Shown: positions 12,409 to 22,631 of the stretch, piece by piece
Layout: each line of letters opens with the position of its first letter
Numbering within the stretch: position 1 is the first letter of the stretch
Virus record (IMG/VR): IMGVR_UViG_3300045988_073372
From: a virus
Direction: 5' to 3' (one strand)
Length of the DNA: 33,152 bases
Notes under the pieces: model-generated
The model's input: the letters and a program-made list of their open reading frames with translations, nothing else
What the model was told of the DNA's origin: nothing
Databases searched by the model: none
Program-made: the position numbers and the translations under genes

Positions 12409-13188
12409 TTACACCTCCACCACCCGCGTATACCGGGGATTATTGGAGATGTAGCCTACCCGGCCTTTGTAGTCCACTCGATACCAGCCCTCACCAGACC
12501 AGTCCCGGATTGGGAGTCTGTCCCCCCGGTGCGCCGTGCCCAGCCGCTTTCCGAGGATGTTCCCGGCCTCCCGCACGTTGACGGATCCCAGCACCTCCAC
12601 GGTCGGGGTCTTTGGGGTCAGGTCGATGTCCTCACCGTCCAAATCCGGGAAATACTTGGGTCTGCCGCACACGCCCCAGCCGCCCCGCTTGTAGGGACGC
12701 ACAACCACGCCCTCCGCACGGCCTATGCACTCCACGGTATTCCCGCCCCCGATATAGATACCCACATGGTAGATTTCGGACGGCTCGAACCCGTCCCCGT
12801 CCTTGTCCGTCCACTTAAATACAAGGTCGCCAGGCTGAAGGTCAGAAACGTCAATCCGTTTGCAAATCCCAAAAAATCCCCGGCTGGACAGGTCGCTCTT
12901 TTGCAACCCCAACTCCTTCAGGCACCAGAAAACAAACCCGGAACAGTCGCCGCCACGGATGGGGTTTACCCCCTGTGCGTCCAGCTTGGCATACAGGGTC
13001 TTGATCATCTCCACCCGCTTGGCGTAGGGGATAGAGCTGGTTTTCAACCGCCCCTCCTGCTTGGCTATCCAGCTGTTGCGTGCCCGCTCGTCCATGGCGG
13101 TCATGTTCGCCCCGTTACCGCCCCAGACATAGCACCATGTGCCAGCCTGCCCGGCGGCAAAGTCGGCAAAATCCTTGCCAGTTACCAT
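12409..13188 (-). CDS. Endolysin: NlpC/P60 (C40) peptidase with C-terminal SH3b-like domain
   Basis: GGDCSGFVFWCL...YHVGIYIGG is the Cys/His motif. The C-terminus GDRLPIRDWSGEGWYRVDYKGRVGYI is SH3-like. ATG 13188 with a GAGGTG RBS. Confidence 0.85.
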   Translation of the reverse strand: MVTGKDFADFAAGQAGTWCYVWGGNGANMTAMDERARNSWIAKQEGRLKTSSIPYAKRVEMIKTLYAKLDAQGVNPIRGGDCSGFVFWCLKELGLQKSDLSSRGFFGICKRIDVSDLQPGDLVFKWTDKDGDGFEPSEIYHVGIYIGGGNTVECIGRAEGVVVRPYKRGGWGVCGRPKYFPDLDGEDIDLTPKTPTVEVLGSVNVREAGNILGKRLGTAHRGDRLPIRDWSGEGWYRVDYKGRVGYISNNPRYTRVVEV

Positions 13189-13224
13189 ATAATCACCTCT
13201 CAAAATTGATATCTGTCCTTTCCG

Positions 13225-13407
13225 TTATAGTTCGGCTTGCATTTCCGTTTTTGGGAGCGGGTCATATAAGTAAGCCCCGTCCACATAGCGGTTGTCGTAG
13301 ATGTCCCCAACCGGGAGGGTGTCCACCAGCACAGCGCCCTCCTTGGCGTACTGGGCATATGTGGCGGATAAGATCCTCCCGTCCGTATCAAGGTTGAGTG
13401 CGTACAT
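13225..13407 (-). CDS. Small tail-fibre-associated protein (XkdW-like, tentative)
   Basis: ATG 13407 overlaps the fibre-gene TGA as ATGA. Sequence MYALNLDTDGRILSATYAQYAKEGAVLVDTLPVGDIYDNRYVDGAYLYDPLP. Confidence 0.5.
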   Translation of the reverse strand: MYALNLDTDGRILSATYAQYAKEGAVLVDTLPVGDIYDNRYVDGAYLYDPLPKTEMQAEL

Positions 13408-15551
13408 CAATATATCCCCCAAATCTGGTACAGGATGCATTCCGTGTTGTCCTGCTTCCCGCTTATTTTCCCGTCGTTAGAGTTGTAATCATAGCCGTAG
13501 GCGTTGCCGATACGCACCTTGCCCCCGGCAGCCCGTTTAATGACCCTTGTCTGCAAGGTGACATGATAATTGTCCGTCCAGTGCGCTTCCGTCAGCACGC
13601 CGCCCCGATCCGTGTTGTCGAGGATAAACCCGCCGTTCGTGCCCACGCAGAGCAAAAACGGGCAGTTTTCATCTATGTCAATATCCTGCGTGGGGAGTGT
13701 GGATGTGGGGCTTGCGTTTGTCCACAACACAACAGGCTTTCCCCATGCGCCGATACCTTCCCGGGCTGTCGCCGGGGTATTCCCCCCTGTGCCGCCGCTT
13801 CCCACGCTCAGAGGGTCGCCCTCCAAGGTCACAGCGCCCCGAAAGTAAGCGTCAAAGTGGCAGTCAAACCCCGCTCTGGTCGGCGGCATACCCATAGACA
13901 CTCGGTCACGGTTCAGGCCGATAAACAACGAGCCGGTGACAGGTTGGAGGATCTCCGCTCTTACCGGAGCAGCACCCAAAGCATCTGTGACGGTCAGCTC
14001 CACCGCATAACTGCTGGCCTTGTCGATCTCGCCGAAGATATACGCCTGACCGCTGGCAGCGTTGCTCTCAATGACGCTCCATGCCCCGGTAGACTTGTAC
14101 CGCAGTACCGCTACCGCCGTGTTGTGCCCGCCGCACGAGGCTATATCATATGTGGGCGTGGCGCTTCCGTAGGTGCCTCCGGCATCGTCCGGCGTCCCGT
14201 CCTCTGTGCATCTGTACACGGATAAGCCGATAGCAGGCTGATAATACTGATAGCACGTCTCCGTGACAGTGGCAGAGGCAGGCCGGCCCCGGCTGTCCGT
14301 TACCGTCACCTTGTATGTCAGATCCCCGGTAGCGGTCAGGACGTTGGATGTGCATTCGGCGTTTGTCCCGCTCTGCGCTGCTCCCGGCCCCGTAAAGGCA
14401 TACCCGGCTATGGTCGCCCCGGTTCCCGGCTGTGCGGCGGCGGTCAGCTTGATCTGGCTGTATCCCTGCAAGGCAATGCCCCATCCGTTTACCGTCTCAT
14501 TGGCGTTGATTATCGTTTTTGTCAGCGTGACGGTGGGAATAACTGCGTCAGGGACAACAGCGTAAAAATAGGCCGTTGCAACCCCTCCCAGCTGTGCCCC
14601 GGATGCATCGTATGTCCACAGCTGCACCGTAGCCGTGCCCTTGGTCGCATTGGGCACTTGGGATACCCACGATGCCGGGAGTGTGAAGGTGCAGGAGGCT
14701 CCTACGTTCTCAAAGGTCTGTGATTCCGTTCCCAGTGTGATCTTGACTGTGTGGGTGTAGCTGGTGCCGTACCGATCAATGGTCACCGTTCCCTGCGTGG
14801 TGCCGTCCATAGGCACATTCTCGGTCACGCTTGATATGCTGCTGTTGGCCGGGTCATAGCTGATGCTCACGCCGTAGATCTCGCTCGTCCCGGCGTAGTT
14901 GCTTACGTTCCCATCCCGGTATTTGCCGATGCAGAGGATAAAGGTTCCGCTGCTCCGGATAGCGTTGAGCATGGTGTCCGTCAGGGTGATGGTGGTGGAT
15001 GTGCCGTTGAGGGTGGCGGTCATGTACACCTCATCCGTTAAGTCCTCCACAAACCCCGCCGCAGTCTGCACGGCGAGGAATATCGGGAAGTCGGTCACGC
15101 TGGCATGGGTTAGGATAAGGGATCCGCTTCTGACCGTATTGGCATCCAGCGCAAAGGCCGCTATCCGCTGGTAGGTTTTCCGCGCGGAAGATAGGGAGTA
15201 AGTACAGGTGCAGCGCACCGTTACCGTGTAGGTTGCGCCGCTCTCCACGTTGATAGTGGTGTAGCTATAGCTTTCCCCGCTTCTGCCCTCGCTTGAGTAC
15301 GCATTGCCTATGAGCGTGCTTGTCCCGATGGAGTTTGTTCCGTTGGACAGATCCCGTGTGCCGATTGCGCCTCGGTTGCTGCTTGCCGACTGGAAGGAGA
15401 TAGCCGCCTTGGCGTTGGCCTGTGCCGCACTGGTAGCCGTTTGCAAGGTTTTCCCAGTGCCGGTGGCCGTAGCGGTCGAGGTAAACCCGCCCTTGGTGCG
15501 CTTACCGATTGTGTTGATGCCCGTTTGCATCGTGGCAGATAATATAGGCAT
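13407..15551 (-). CDS. Tail fibre / receptor-binding protein (714 aa)
   Basis: Located after Tal. T/S/G-rich beta-type sequence. AAGGAGG RBS. Confidence 0.7.
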   Translation of the reverse strand: MPILSATMQTGINTIGKRTKGGFTSTATATGTGKTLQTATSAAQANAKAAISFQSASSNRGAIGTRDLSNGTNSIGTSTLIGNAYSSEGRSGESYSYTTINVESGATYTVTVRCTCTYSLSSARKTYQRIAAFALDANTVRSGSLILTHASVTDFPIFLAVQTAAGFVEDLTDEVYMTATLNGTSTTITLTDTMLNAIRSSGTFILCIGKYRDGNVSNYAGTSEIYGVSISYDPANSSISSVTENVPMDGTTQGTVTIDRYGTSYTHTVKITLGTESQTFENVGASCTFTLPASWVSQVPNATKGTATVQLWTYDASGAQLGGVATAYFYAVVPDAVIPTVTLTKTIINANETVNGWGIALQGYSQIKLTAAAQPGTGATIAGYAFTGPGAAQSGTNAECTSNVLTATGDLTYKVTVTDSRGRPASATVTETCYQYYQPAIGLSVYRCTEDGTPDDAGGTYGSATPTYDIASCGGHNTAVAVLRYKSTGAWSVIESNAASGQAYIFGEIDKASSYAVELTVTDALGAAPVRAEILQPVTGSLFIGLNRDRVSMGMPPTRAGFDCHFDAYFRGAVTLEGDPLSVGSGGTGGNTPATAREGIGAWGKPVVLWTNASPTSTLPTQDIDIDENCPFLLCVGTNGGFILDNTDRGGVLTEAHWTDNYHVTLQTRVIKRAAGGKVRIGNAYGYDYNSNDGKISGKQDNTECILYQIWGIY

Positions 15552-15560
15552 ATGTCCTCC

Positions 15561-17207
15561 TTACGTCAATCGCCCGATCATGCCCACGGCGGTATTCTCC
15601 CCGGAACCGAGGATGTAAAAATCCATGAGCCGCCCGGTAGTGCCGATGGTCAGTTGCTGGATCTGGGACTGCACCACGTACAATTTCCCGGCAGAAAAAT
15701 ACGCTATGGCGTTATTCACGGATACAGTTTTCTCATCGCCGGTAAAAAAGTACAGGATATCGTTTTCCAGCTTCAATTTTATCTGGCTGGTGCTCTCACC
15801 AATAACGATGCCGCCGTTTACCGTGGAGGTTTGGGCCATTAACCGGATAAAGCTGTGAATCTCGGAAAACTGCCGTGTGGTTTCGCCGTCTAAATCGCTC
15901 ACGGTTTCGGAGATGCTGGTAAAGGATGCTTCAATCTGTCCGGCCAAGATCTCAAACCGGGATTGCATGCTGGATCTTAATTGTTCCAGGTCTCCCGTTG
16001 TGGCGTATTCCTGCAACGCCTCCATGATGATGGCCTGGGATTGTTGGATCAGTTGGGTTGTATTTTGTGCGCTGTCGGATATGGCAGACCGCAAACTGTC
16101 TGCTGTCATTTCCAGCTCCTTGGTGATCCTCCGCGTCTCGATCACCGCGTACTGGGTGGCACTGCTTACCCCCTGATCCATGGATACAATGGTTCCGGCA
16201 ATGGAGCTTCTCACACTGCCGATATCCACGCTTTCATACCGATTCTGTAAGGCGTTGTAGCGCGTTTTCACAATCTTAGCCTTAGCAGATATACCTAAGC
16301 GAGAAAAATAAACGCCTACAACGTCTCCCAGATTCACGTTTTCCACGAACTCTTTAGATTGATACCAGGATACCGTGGTGCTTATGGTCGGCACCCCGGG
16401 ATCATGGTTGGAGATGTATTCCTGCGCTTTCTGCGTCAGCTCTTCGGCGGTGGGTTTGTTTTCAAATTCTTCCGTCAGGTCTAACAATAAGATCCGGGTA
16501 AAATCAAATTCGCCCTCCACCGGCACATACGATCTGCCAAGGTCGGCGCTTCCTTCTTCCTCCGAGTACCAGTACGGATATACGCCTGTATATACACCGC
16601 TGCCATCTTCTTCCTGGTTGACATCCGTCATGTTTTTCCCGTACCGGATTGTCACGCCGTTGTCTTTCCCACGGTGTGCCCATAATTTTACCTGGTAGCG
16701 GTCAAACTCCAGCTCCCCGCCGTAGGTATCCAGTAAGCTGCCTCTTTGCCCGGCCACCAGAGACCGGGCAGAAGAAGGATAGGACACAACAAAGTCAGAT
16801 ATAACCGTCTTATCCGTTTCATACTCAAACGGATTATCGGTAACGGCGTTGGTTTTCATCCCCTCCAACGCAGACGCAAGGGATGGAGCGTTAAAAGGCT
16901 CTATCACAATGCCGCTCAGGTCATAGCTCAAGTGCTGGGCATTGATGGTCACCACCCCGTTTATGGGACGGCTTATCTTATAGACCCTAAAGGGCTGGGG
17001 CCTTGCGGTAGGATTTGGCTTTGCCAGTATAATGGAGCGTAGTGTTACATCCGCATAATGCAGACCGTTCAGCCTGTATTGCATTTCCAGCTCAAAGGGC
17101 CCGTTTAATGTTTCCTCCACCACACAGGAGATGCAATCAGACAACGCCCCCAACCCATTGGTATCCCACGCCGCAGCAGTGGGAGGATACAGTCTCGGAT
17201 AGTTCAT
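15561..17207 (-). CDS. Tail-associated protein Tal (prophage endopeptidase-tail family N-terminal region)
   Basis: Located after Dit. ATG 17207 overlaps the Dit TGA as ATGA; the alternative ATG is at 17219. The C-terminal third is coiled coil. Confidence 0.75.
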   Translation of the reverse strand: MNYPRLYPPTAAAWDTNGLGALSDCISCVVEETLNGPFELEMQYRLNGLHYADVTLRSIILAKPNPTARPQPFRVYKISRPINGVVTINAQHLSYDLSGIVIEPFNAPSLASALEGMKTNAVTDNPFEYETDKTVISDFVVSYPSSARSLVAGQRGSLLDTYGGELEFDRYQVKLWAHRGKDNGVTIRYGKNMTDVNQEEDGSGVYTGVYPYWYSEEEGSADLGRSYVPVEGEFDFTRILLLDLTEEFENKPTAEELTQKAQEYISNHDPGVPTISTTVSWYQSKEFVENVNLGDVVGVYFSRLGISAKAKIVKTRYNALQNRYESVDIGSVRSSIAGTIVSMDQGVSSATQYAVIETRRITKELEMTADSLRSAISDSAQNTTQLIQQSQAIIMEALQEYATTGDLEQLRSSMQSRFEILAGQIEASFTSISETVSDLDGETTRQFSEIHSFIRLMAQTSTVNGGIVIGESTSQIKLKLENDILYFFTGDEKTVSVNNAIAYFSAGKLYVVQSQIQQLTIGTTGRLMDFYILGSGENTAVGMIGRLT

Positions 17208-17908
17208 AGCGTCCACCATCTGGGGATGATCTTCACGGAGGTTACAGTCCCCGTCCAGCTTATATTGTTTGCCCCCTCGCGTAACACGGGGAAATCCGGG
17301 GCATTGATTATGCCGTTCAGATTTGTCGCGCCGTTATAGGCGTTCTGAGTTTCACTGTCCAGCGTGATCTTGTTTTCCAATCCCGTTATCCCTACATCCA
17401 CATCCCCCACCGTCAGGGTGATATCTCCGGATCCGGTCACTTCTATCAACGGGAGCGCCGGGAACGGATTGGGCCCGGTCACACTTCCCGCCGCCGTAAG
17501 GGTTACAGGGGTTTCCCCTGATACTAAAAATCGCCTTGGGTCGCAGTTAAAGGAGATGGTCGCCCGGCCAAAGCGGTTAAGGATATTTTCTATATCCATT
17601 GGCCCCTCAAAAAATGCGAGGCGGAAGGTGTCCGCCTCGTAGCTGTCCTCTAACCTTTGGTACCCGACAGGCCCGGCCAGCCATGCCGCCGCCGCTTTGG
17701 CAACCGTGGGCAGCTTGGGCTGATCGGCGCTCAGATAGACCATATACTCCTGTGCGTAATTGTTGTATCCGCCCAAATCCTCCACCATGTCCCCAGACTT
17801 CCCCGGGATGGAGGTTATGAGGAGCTTCTTCTGTGCGTAGGTTCTTCCCGGATATCGCTCAACAATAACTTTCACGTCATCGCTGGATTTTCCCGCCCAT
17901 TTGATCAT
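17204..17908 (-). CDS. Distal tail protein (Dit)
   Basis: Directly follows the tape measure gene. ATG 17908 overlaps the TMP TGA as ATGA. Siphovirus tail-component-like sequence. Confidence 0.75.
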   Translation of the reverse strand: MIKWAGKSSDDVKVIVERYPGRTYAQKKLLITSIPGKSGDMVEDLGGYNNYAQEYMVYLSADQPKLPTVAKAAAAWLAGPVGYQRLEDSYEADTFRLAFFEGPMDIENILNRFGRATISFNCDPRRFLVSGETPVTLTAAGSVTGPNPFPALPLIEVTGSGDITLTVGDVDVGITGLENKITLDSETQNAYNGATNLNGIINAPDFPVLREGANNISWTGTVTSVKIIPRWWTL

Positions 17909-20900
17909 TGCCACACCGCCTCTCTCCGGTTTACCTCATCTTGCATTCTGCGCATGACCGCATCTGCCAGGGCATTCACGTCCTGTCCCTCAGCGCCGTA
18001 TACCTGTATGTTGATGCCGCCCCAGTTGGTGGTTGTGCTGCCGCCGTTTACGGATCCTCCGGTTTCTGGGATATTGTCCCATGCGGTCTGCGCTCTCTGG
18101 ATAGACGCGTACGCCGCCTCCGACAACCGGGAGGATGCACGGGTAACAAGCGGGATGCTCTTTTCAAACCCCAGCGCAAACCCTTCGCCGTCATATTTGC
18201 CCAGCCGCATATATTTTTTTGACGGGCTTTGTATCATGTCGGATCTGGCCAAACTCCACTGTCCGGCAGCGGACAATCTTGCAGCAGCAGCGCCTACTCT
18301 ACCAGCCATGCTTTCAATGCCTCGCGCGTAGCCTTCGCCGCAATTCACGCCAAGATTATAAAAATCGTTTGCGTTAATTTGTCCCTGCGCCGCTGCGACA
18401 CCATCCGCCATCATTCCGGCAAACTCGTTCTTTACGGGCCCTCTTAACTCTCTCAGGTTGGATACCATTTCGTTAAGTTCTGCGTCCGTTGCCTCTGTTA
18501 ACGCTTGCAAGCGCATTGCGGATTCCGTGGAGCCGTCCGCAAAGGTGGCTGCGAGTAATTCTATTCCTTCTACATTGCGGTTGATCAAAGTCCTAAAGTT
18601 CTGCGTATAGTTTTTGTAGTACTCTATCTGGCTTCTTTGCGCTTCTAACATTTCGGCTACGGAGGTGGTTGTTTTTACTTCAACCTTCTCCCAAAGCCCA
18701 AACTGCCCATCCAGGCTATTCTGGGCCGCCTCATATGTTTTGTCATACGCCTCTTGGATTTCCTCCATGGCCTTGGCTTGTTCTTCTGCCGCGTTAGACG
18801 TGGCGGTAGCCGCATTCTCGGTCGCCGTAGTGGCCTTATCTTGAGATTCTGTAATCCCCTCCAAGGTATCATATAGACCCGCCAGCGCCGTATCATATTC
18901 GCCAACCGTGGCGGTAGCCTCTTTGTATGCCTTGTTTGCAGCATTTAATTGCTTTTCGGATTGGTTAATCCAATCGTCACGCACACTATTGTTCGGTTTA
19001 TACAGTTCTTGGGCCTTTACCAGGTTCTCGTAAGCAATCCTCTGATTTTCGATTGCGTCCGCTTTTTTTAACTCCAGGGATATAATTTTCTCAGATAGGG
19101 CAGACGCTTGTGCTTCTTTCACTTTAAGCGTGATCAACTCTCTTACGCTTACCGCCTGCGCATCCAGTAGGCCGGTCTGCTCGTTATATGCGTTCGTTAG
19201 TTCCGGCATTACCCCCACGAGCCTGCTGGATACTTCTTTCAACTGTTCCGTTTCCGCTGCCGTGCGGTTCGTTTTTTTGGACAGTTTTTCGTATACGGCC
19301 ACCAGCGCAAGACTTTCTACCTGGGTAGCCTTCGCAGCGGAAACCGTGTCGTTGTAAGAGTCGTTTATGGAGTCCAGATCTCTTTTAAGCATCCTGTTTT
19401 TGGTGCTGACCTGGTCGCTTGCATTCGCTAATTCCAGCATTTCCCCCTTGCAGTCATCTATGACCGGTGCAAGGGCCGCTGTCGCGCCCATCAGTGCTAC
19501 CATCCCCGCCGCCGCAATAGCTATATGCGGAGAGGACAAGGATGTAACAAGTGTTCCCAAGCTTTTAGATACCTTGCTTATATCATCAGCCTGCTTCGCC
19601 AGAGAGGTAAGCCCGGATAATGTTTTCACACCAGCCACCAGACCGCCGCCCACAAGAGCAACGTTTTTCATGGTGGTCAGCATCCCGCCAAGTGATTTAT
19701 CCAGTTCGCCGCTTTTTAGCTTGAGCGTGTCCACCACATTGGGGATGGATGTCGCCGCTCTCTTTATAACAGGTGCCACGTTGTTGTATACGTTGACAAA
19801 ACTATCCGCTACATCTTCGGTCAGCTGCGCCACATCTGATTCGGAGTCGCCCAAACCGGCCACAAAAGACTTAAAGGACGCAGACAGAGATCCCAAAGAG
19901 CCCTCTATGGTTTCCGCCGCTTCCCGCTTGAAATTTCCCGCGTATTTGGTGGTGCGCTCGAAAAAGTACCGCATGGACAATTCTGCCTTTTCGGCGTTGG
20001 TCATCTGGGAAAACGCTTTATCCATGCCCAGCTCCAGCCGGTAGGCTTCCAGGGTGGTGGCATTCATTGCCACGCCCAGATTATCCATCATAGTATAATT
20101 ACCCTTAGCCGCGCCGGTAACGGCTTCCAGCGCCGAGGATACATCAATACCCATGACAGAGGCAGCGTCCGCCGCCCTCTCTATGGCCAACGTGGTCAGC
20201 TCCATAGACCTTTCCACGCTCAGCCCGGATCCCTGGAAAAGTGCGCCCATCTTGTTGGCCACCGCCAGATATTCCGCCTGAGACGTGCCCAAGGTCTTGG
20301 ATGCGGTTTTGGATGTTTGTACAATTTGGTCGGCATAGTCGCCAAACACCGCCGCCGCACCGCCTACGGCCTGCTCCAATGCACCGTAAGCCTTAACAAC
20401 CTGCGTCCCCAAAGTCGTTGCAACGGTCAGAGATGCCGCCGAAAATGCAAGCGTGACATTCAACGCCTTATTCAATTTGTCGGCGTAAAAGGCAACCTTC
20501 TCCGCCGCTTTCTTGGATTCTTCCGCTTGCCTCTTTTGAGCCTCCGCCAGGTCTTTTTCTCTCTGGGCCGCGTCCGATGCTTCGGTTTGCAGATCTCCCA
20601 ATTCTGCATTCAGCTGGTTGATGGTGGCCGAGGTGTTATTGATATCCGCCTGCGTCTTTACAATGGCGTTACCCATGTCCTCATAGGCGCGCTGGGCGGT
20701 TGTAACCTCTTTACTGCCCTCCCCGTATTGGGCCTTTACTTCCTCCAGCTGCTTTCCGTAATCCTGGTATTGCTTCTGCTGCTTCGCAAGCAGGTCGGTG
20801 AGGGTGGCAAGCTTGTTTTTCTGGTTTTCGATTTGTTTTGTCAGTATGGGGATCTTTGCAGCGGCTTTCTGCTGTGCGGTGGCGTTTTTATCAAAGGAGG

Positions 20901-21018
20901 ATGCCAGCAATTTCAGCTCAGAATCCAGCTCCTTATCCGCCTGGGTGATGCTTTTTATCGCCCGTCTATATTCCTGTTCGCCCTCTATGGCGATCTTTGT
21001 CTTTATGTCGCTTGCCAT
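17905..21018 (-). CDS. Tape measure protein (1037 aa)
   Basis: Long alpha-helical, A/E/K/Q-rich protein with hydrophobic central segments. It sits between the chaperone and Dit genes. Confidence 0.9.
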   Translation of the reverse strand: MASDIKTKIAIEGEQEYRRAIKSITQADKELDSELKLLASSFDKNATAQQKAAAKIPILTKQIENQKNKLATLTDLLAKQQKQYQDYGKQLEEVKAQYGEGSKEVTTAQRAYEDMGNAIVKTQADINNTSATINQLNAELGDLQTEASDAAQREKDLAEAQKRQAEESKKAAEKVAFYADKLNKALNVTLAFSAASLTVATTLGTQVVKAYGALEQAVGGAAAVFGDYADQIVQTSKTASKTLGTSQAEYLAVANKMGALFQGSGLSVERSMELTTLAIERAADAASVMGIDVSSALEAVTGAAKGNYTMMDNLGVAMNATTLEAYRLELGMDKAFSQMTNAEKAELSMRYFFERTTKYAGNFKREAAETIEGSLGSLSASFKSFVAGLGDSESDVAQLTEDVADSFVNVYNNVAPVIKRAATSIPNVVDTLKLKSGELDKSLGGMLTTMKNVALVGGGLVAGVKTLSGLTSLAKQADDISKVSKSLGTLVTSLSSPHIAIAAAGMVALMGATAALAPVIDDCKGEMLELANASDQVSTKNRMLKRDLDSINDSYNDTVSAAKATQVESLALVAVYEKLSKKTNRTAAETEQLKEVSSRLVGVMPELTNAYNEQTGLLDAQAVSVRELITLKVKEAQASALSEKIISLELKKADAIENQRIAYENLVKAQELYKPNNSVRDDWINQSEKQLNAANKAYKEATATVGEYDTALAGLYDTLEGITESQDKATTATENAATATSNAAEEQAKAMEEIQEAYDKTYEAAQNSLDGQFGLWEKVEVKTTTSVAEMLEAQRSQIEYYKNYTQNFRTLINRNVEGIELLAATFADGSTESAMRLQALTEATDAELNEMVSNLRELRGPVKNEFAGMMADGVAAAQGQINANDFYNLGVNCGEGYARGIESMAGRVGAAAARLSAAGQWSLARSDMIQSPSKKYMRLGKYDGEGFALGFEKSIPLVTRASSRLSEAAYASIQRAQTAWDNIPETGGSVNGGSTTTNWGGINIQVYGAEGQDVNALADAVMRRMQDEVNRREAVWQ

Positions 21019-21021
21019 GGG

Positions 21022-21518
21022 TTACCTCAGTTCAAAAATATCAAAATCTGCCGGAGCTTCTTTTTCCTTTGCCGTGCCGTTATATACGGCAAGGCAGGAG
21101 ATCATATCCACAAACTCCCCGTACCGGGTGGACAAAATCTCCTGCCTTTGCATGCCTAACTTACGCCCGTAAAACAGGGCCCAGGATAGGGTCAGTCGCC
21201 GTCTGGTCTTTTTTTTTGAGATTCCAGCTTGACGGTGACGGCGGTATCCACGTCAAAGCACTTAAACACTTTTTCCCTGAGGAGGATGTACTCCGGCATT
21301 TCCAGCCCCAACACATCCTCCACGGTCAAATAGTGTTCGCCGTCCGCGCTTTTGCTCAAAATAGAGATGATCTGCGCCCACGTTCTGGTTTGCTCTTCAT
21401 AGGATTTTCCTTCGCCCGCCAGCAACAGGCCCACATTTCCAAAGTCCTCATCTTCGCAAAGTTTAGCGATCTCAATGGACGCGCCTACTGTCAACGCCAG
21501 TTTTTCCTCCATCGGCAT
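21022..21518 (-). CDS. Tail assembly chaperone frameshift product (gpGT-like, -1 shift at A AAA AAA)
   Basis: The A9 run is T9 on the + strand at 21209-21217. The -1 frame reads KTRRRLTLSWALFYGRKLGMQRQEILSTRYGEFVDMISCLAVYNGTAKEKEAPADFDIFELR and stops at 21022-21024, 3 nt before the TMP ATG. Confidence 0.75.
21192..21518 (-). CDS. Tail assembly chaperone (gpG-like)
   Basis: Located between the major tail and tape measure genes. It ends just after an A9 slippery run. Confidence 0.8.
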   Translation of the reverse strand: MPMEEKLALTVGASIEIAKLCEDEDFGNVGLLLAGEGKSYEEQTRTWAQIISILSKSADGEHYLTVEDVLGLEMPEYILLREKVFKCFDVDTAVTVKLESQKKRPDGD

Positions 21519-21522
21519 ATCC

Positions 21523-22137
21523 TCAGTCGGTGATGTTAAGCAACTGCTTGATCACAGCCACCGCATCCTCCCGGCTTTCCAGGTCGTCCACGTGGTACTG
21601 CCAGTTGTGGGCGGTAGTATCATCCCTAAAGATCTGGGCCGTGAGGGGGGTGTTCTGCCAGTCGATAGTCTTCTCTTGCGTGGCAGCGGCTACCGCCTCG
21701 GGATTAAACTTGGCCTTGGTCAGGACAATACCCCGCCAGGTAGTCACGCCTCCGGATCTGCGGCGCTGCAAGCACCCAATGCCCACGTAAGGAGCCTGGG
21801 CAGAATCGCCGTACTTGTAGACGCTGGCTTTTTTGCTTCCGCCAGTGCCGATGGTCACTTCCTCCGCAGCCGGGAGGCCCATAACAAGCGCCTCAGTCTC
21901 ACCAAGCAAACCGTCAATGGTGATGGTGGCCGTGCCATCGGAAAACTCGCCGGAGGCATTTTCTGCCGCCTGGTTATCGGCATAAAAAATGTTATCCTCG
22001 GAGAAATTCACATCCAAAGACAGGGACACGCCGCGCCCAAGCGGAACGCCTCCGGAGTAGGTGGTAGTGCCGTCAGTGTTGCTATACTTAGCAACGTAGA
22101 CATCGCTAAAACCGGTAATTACTCTTCCGTTTGCCAT
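21523..22137 (-). CDS. Major tail protein (phi13-like)
   Basis: Position and sequence fit. ATG 22137 has GAGGA at 7 nt, whereas ATG 22143 has it too close. Confidence 0.8.
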   Translation of the reverse strand: MANGRVITGFSDVYVAKYSNTDGTTTYSGGVPLGRGVSLSLDVNFSEDNIFYADNQAAENASGEFSDGTATITIDGLLGETEALVMGLPAAEEVTIGTGGSKKASVYKYGDSAQAPYVGIGCLQRRRSGGVTTWRGIVLTKAKFNPEAVAAATQEKTIDWQNTPLTAQIFRDDTTAHNWQYHVDDLESREDAVAVIKQLLNITD

Positions 22138-22147
22138 ATTCATATCC

Positions 22148-22630
22148 TCATTTCATGATTTTGTTTATTTCTTCTTCGTAGGTTTCCAGCATCTTTTTTT
22201 GGGCTGCCGCCTTGGAGCTCCGCACTGTTTTTTTAATAAAAGGATAGGCACGCCGAAAAGACGTGCCACGCTCTACAGATCTGGCTATCAGCTGGTTGGG
22301 CTGTCCGCCAGGATACTTTTTTGTGCGTATCCCGTTATACCCATCAAAGCCGATCAATACGTTGTAACCGTCATTTTCGTGCTTCATGGGGGTGATGCCG
22401 AAACTCTCTTCAAGCCCTTGCTTTTGCAGGGGCTGAATACCATACACCGGGTTTTCCGGCGTGCCAATGCGGTTATCCGTTGGGATACCCTGTATAGCCT
22501 GACGCATATTGTCAGCCACCACACCAGCCCCTTCATACAAGGTGCGCCGGATGATCTCCGGGGCCTGTATGCTCAATTCTTCCAGATCGGCTATTTTATC
22601 TTCCAGCCCTCTAATGGTCATCTTCGCCAT
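22148..22630 (-). CDS. HK97 gp10-family tail/head-tail joining protein
   Basis: IRGLEDKIADLEEL...GITPMKHENDGYNVLIGFDG pattern. ATG 22630 with a GGGAGGT RBS. Confidence 0.65.
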   Translation of the reverse strand: MAKMTIRGLEDKIADLEELSIQAPEIIRRTLYEGAGVVADNMRQAIQGIPTDNRIGTPENPVYGIQPLQKQGLEESFGITPMKHENDGYNVLIGFDGYNGIRTKKYPGGQPNQLIARSVERGTSFRRAYPFIKKTVRSSKAAAQKKMLETYEEEINKIMK

Positions 22631-22631
22631 A

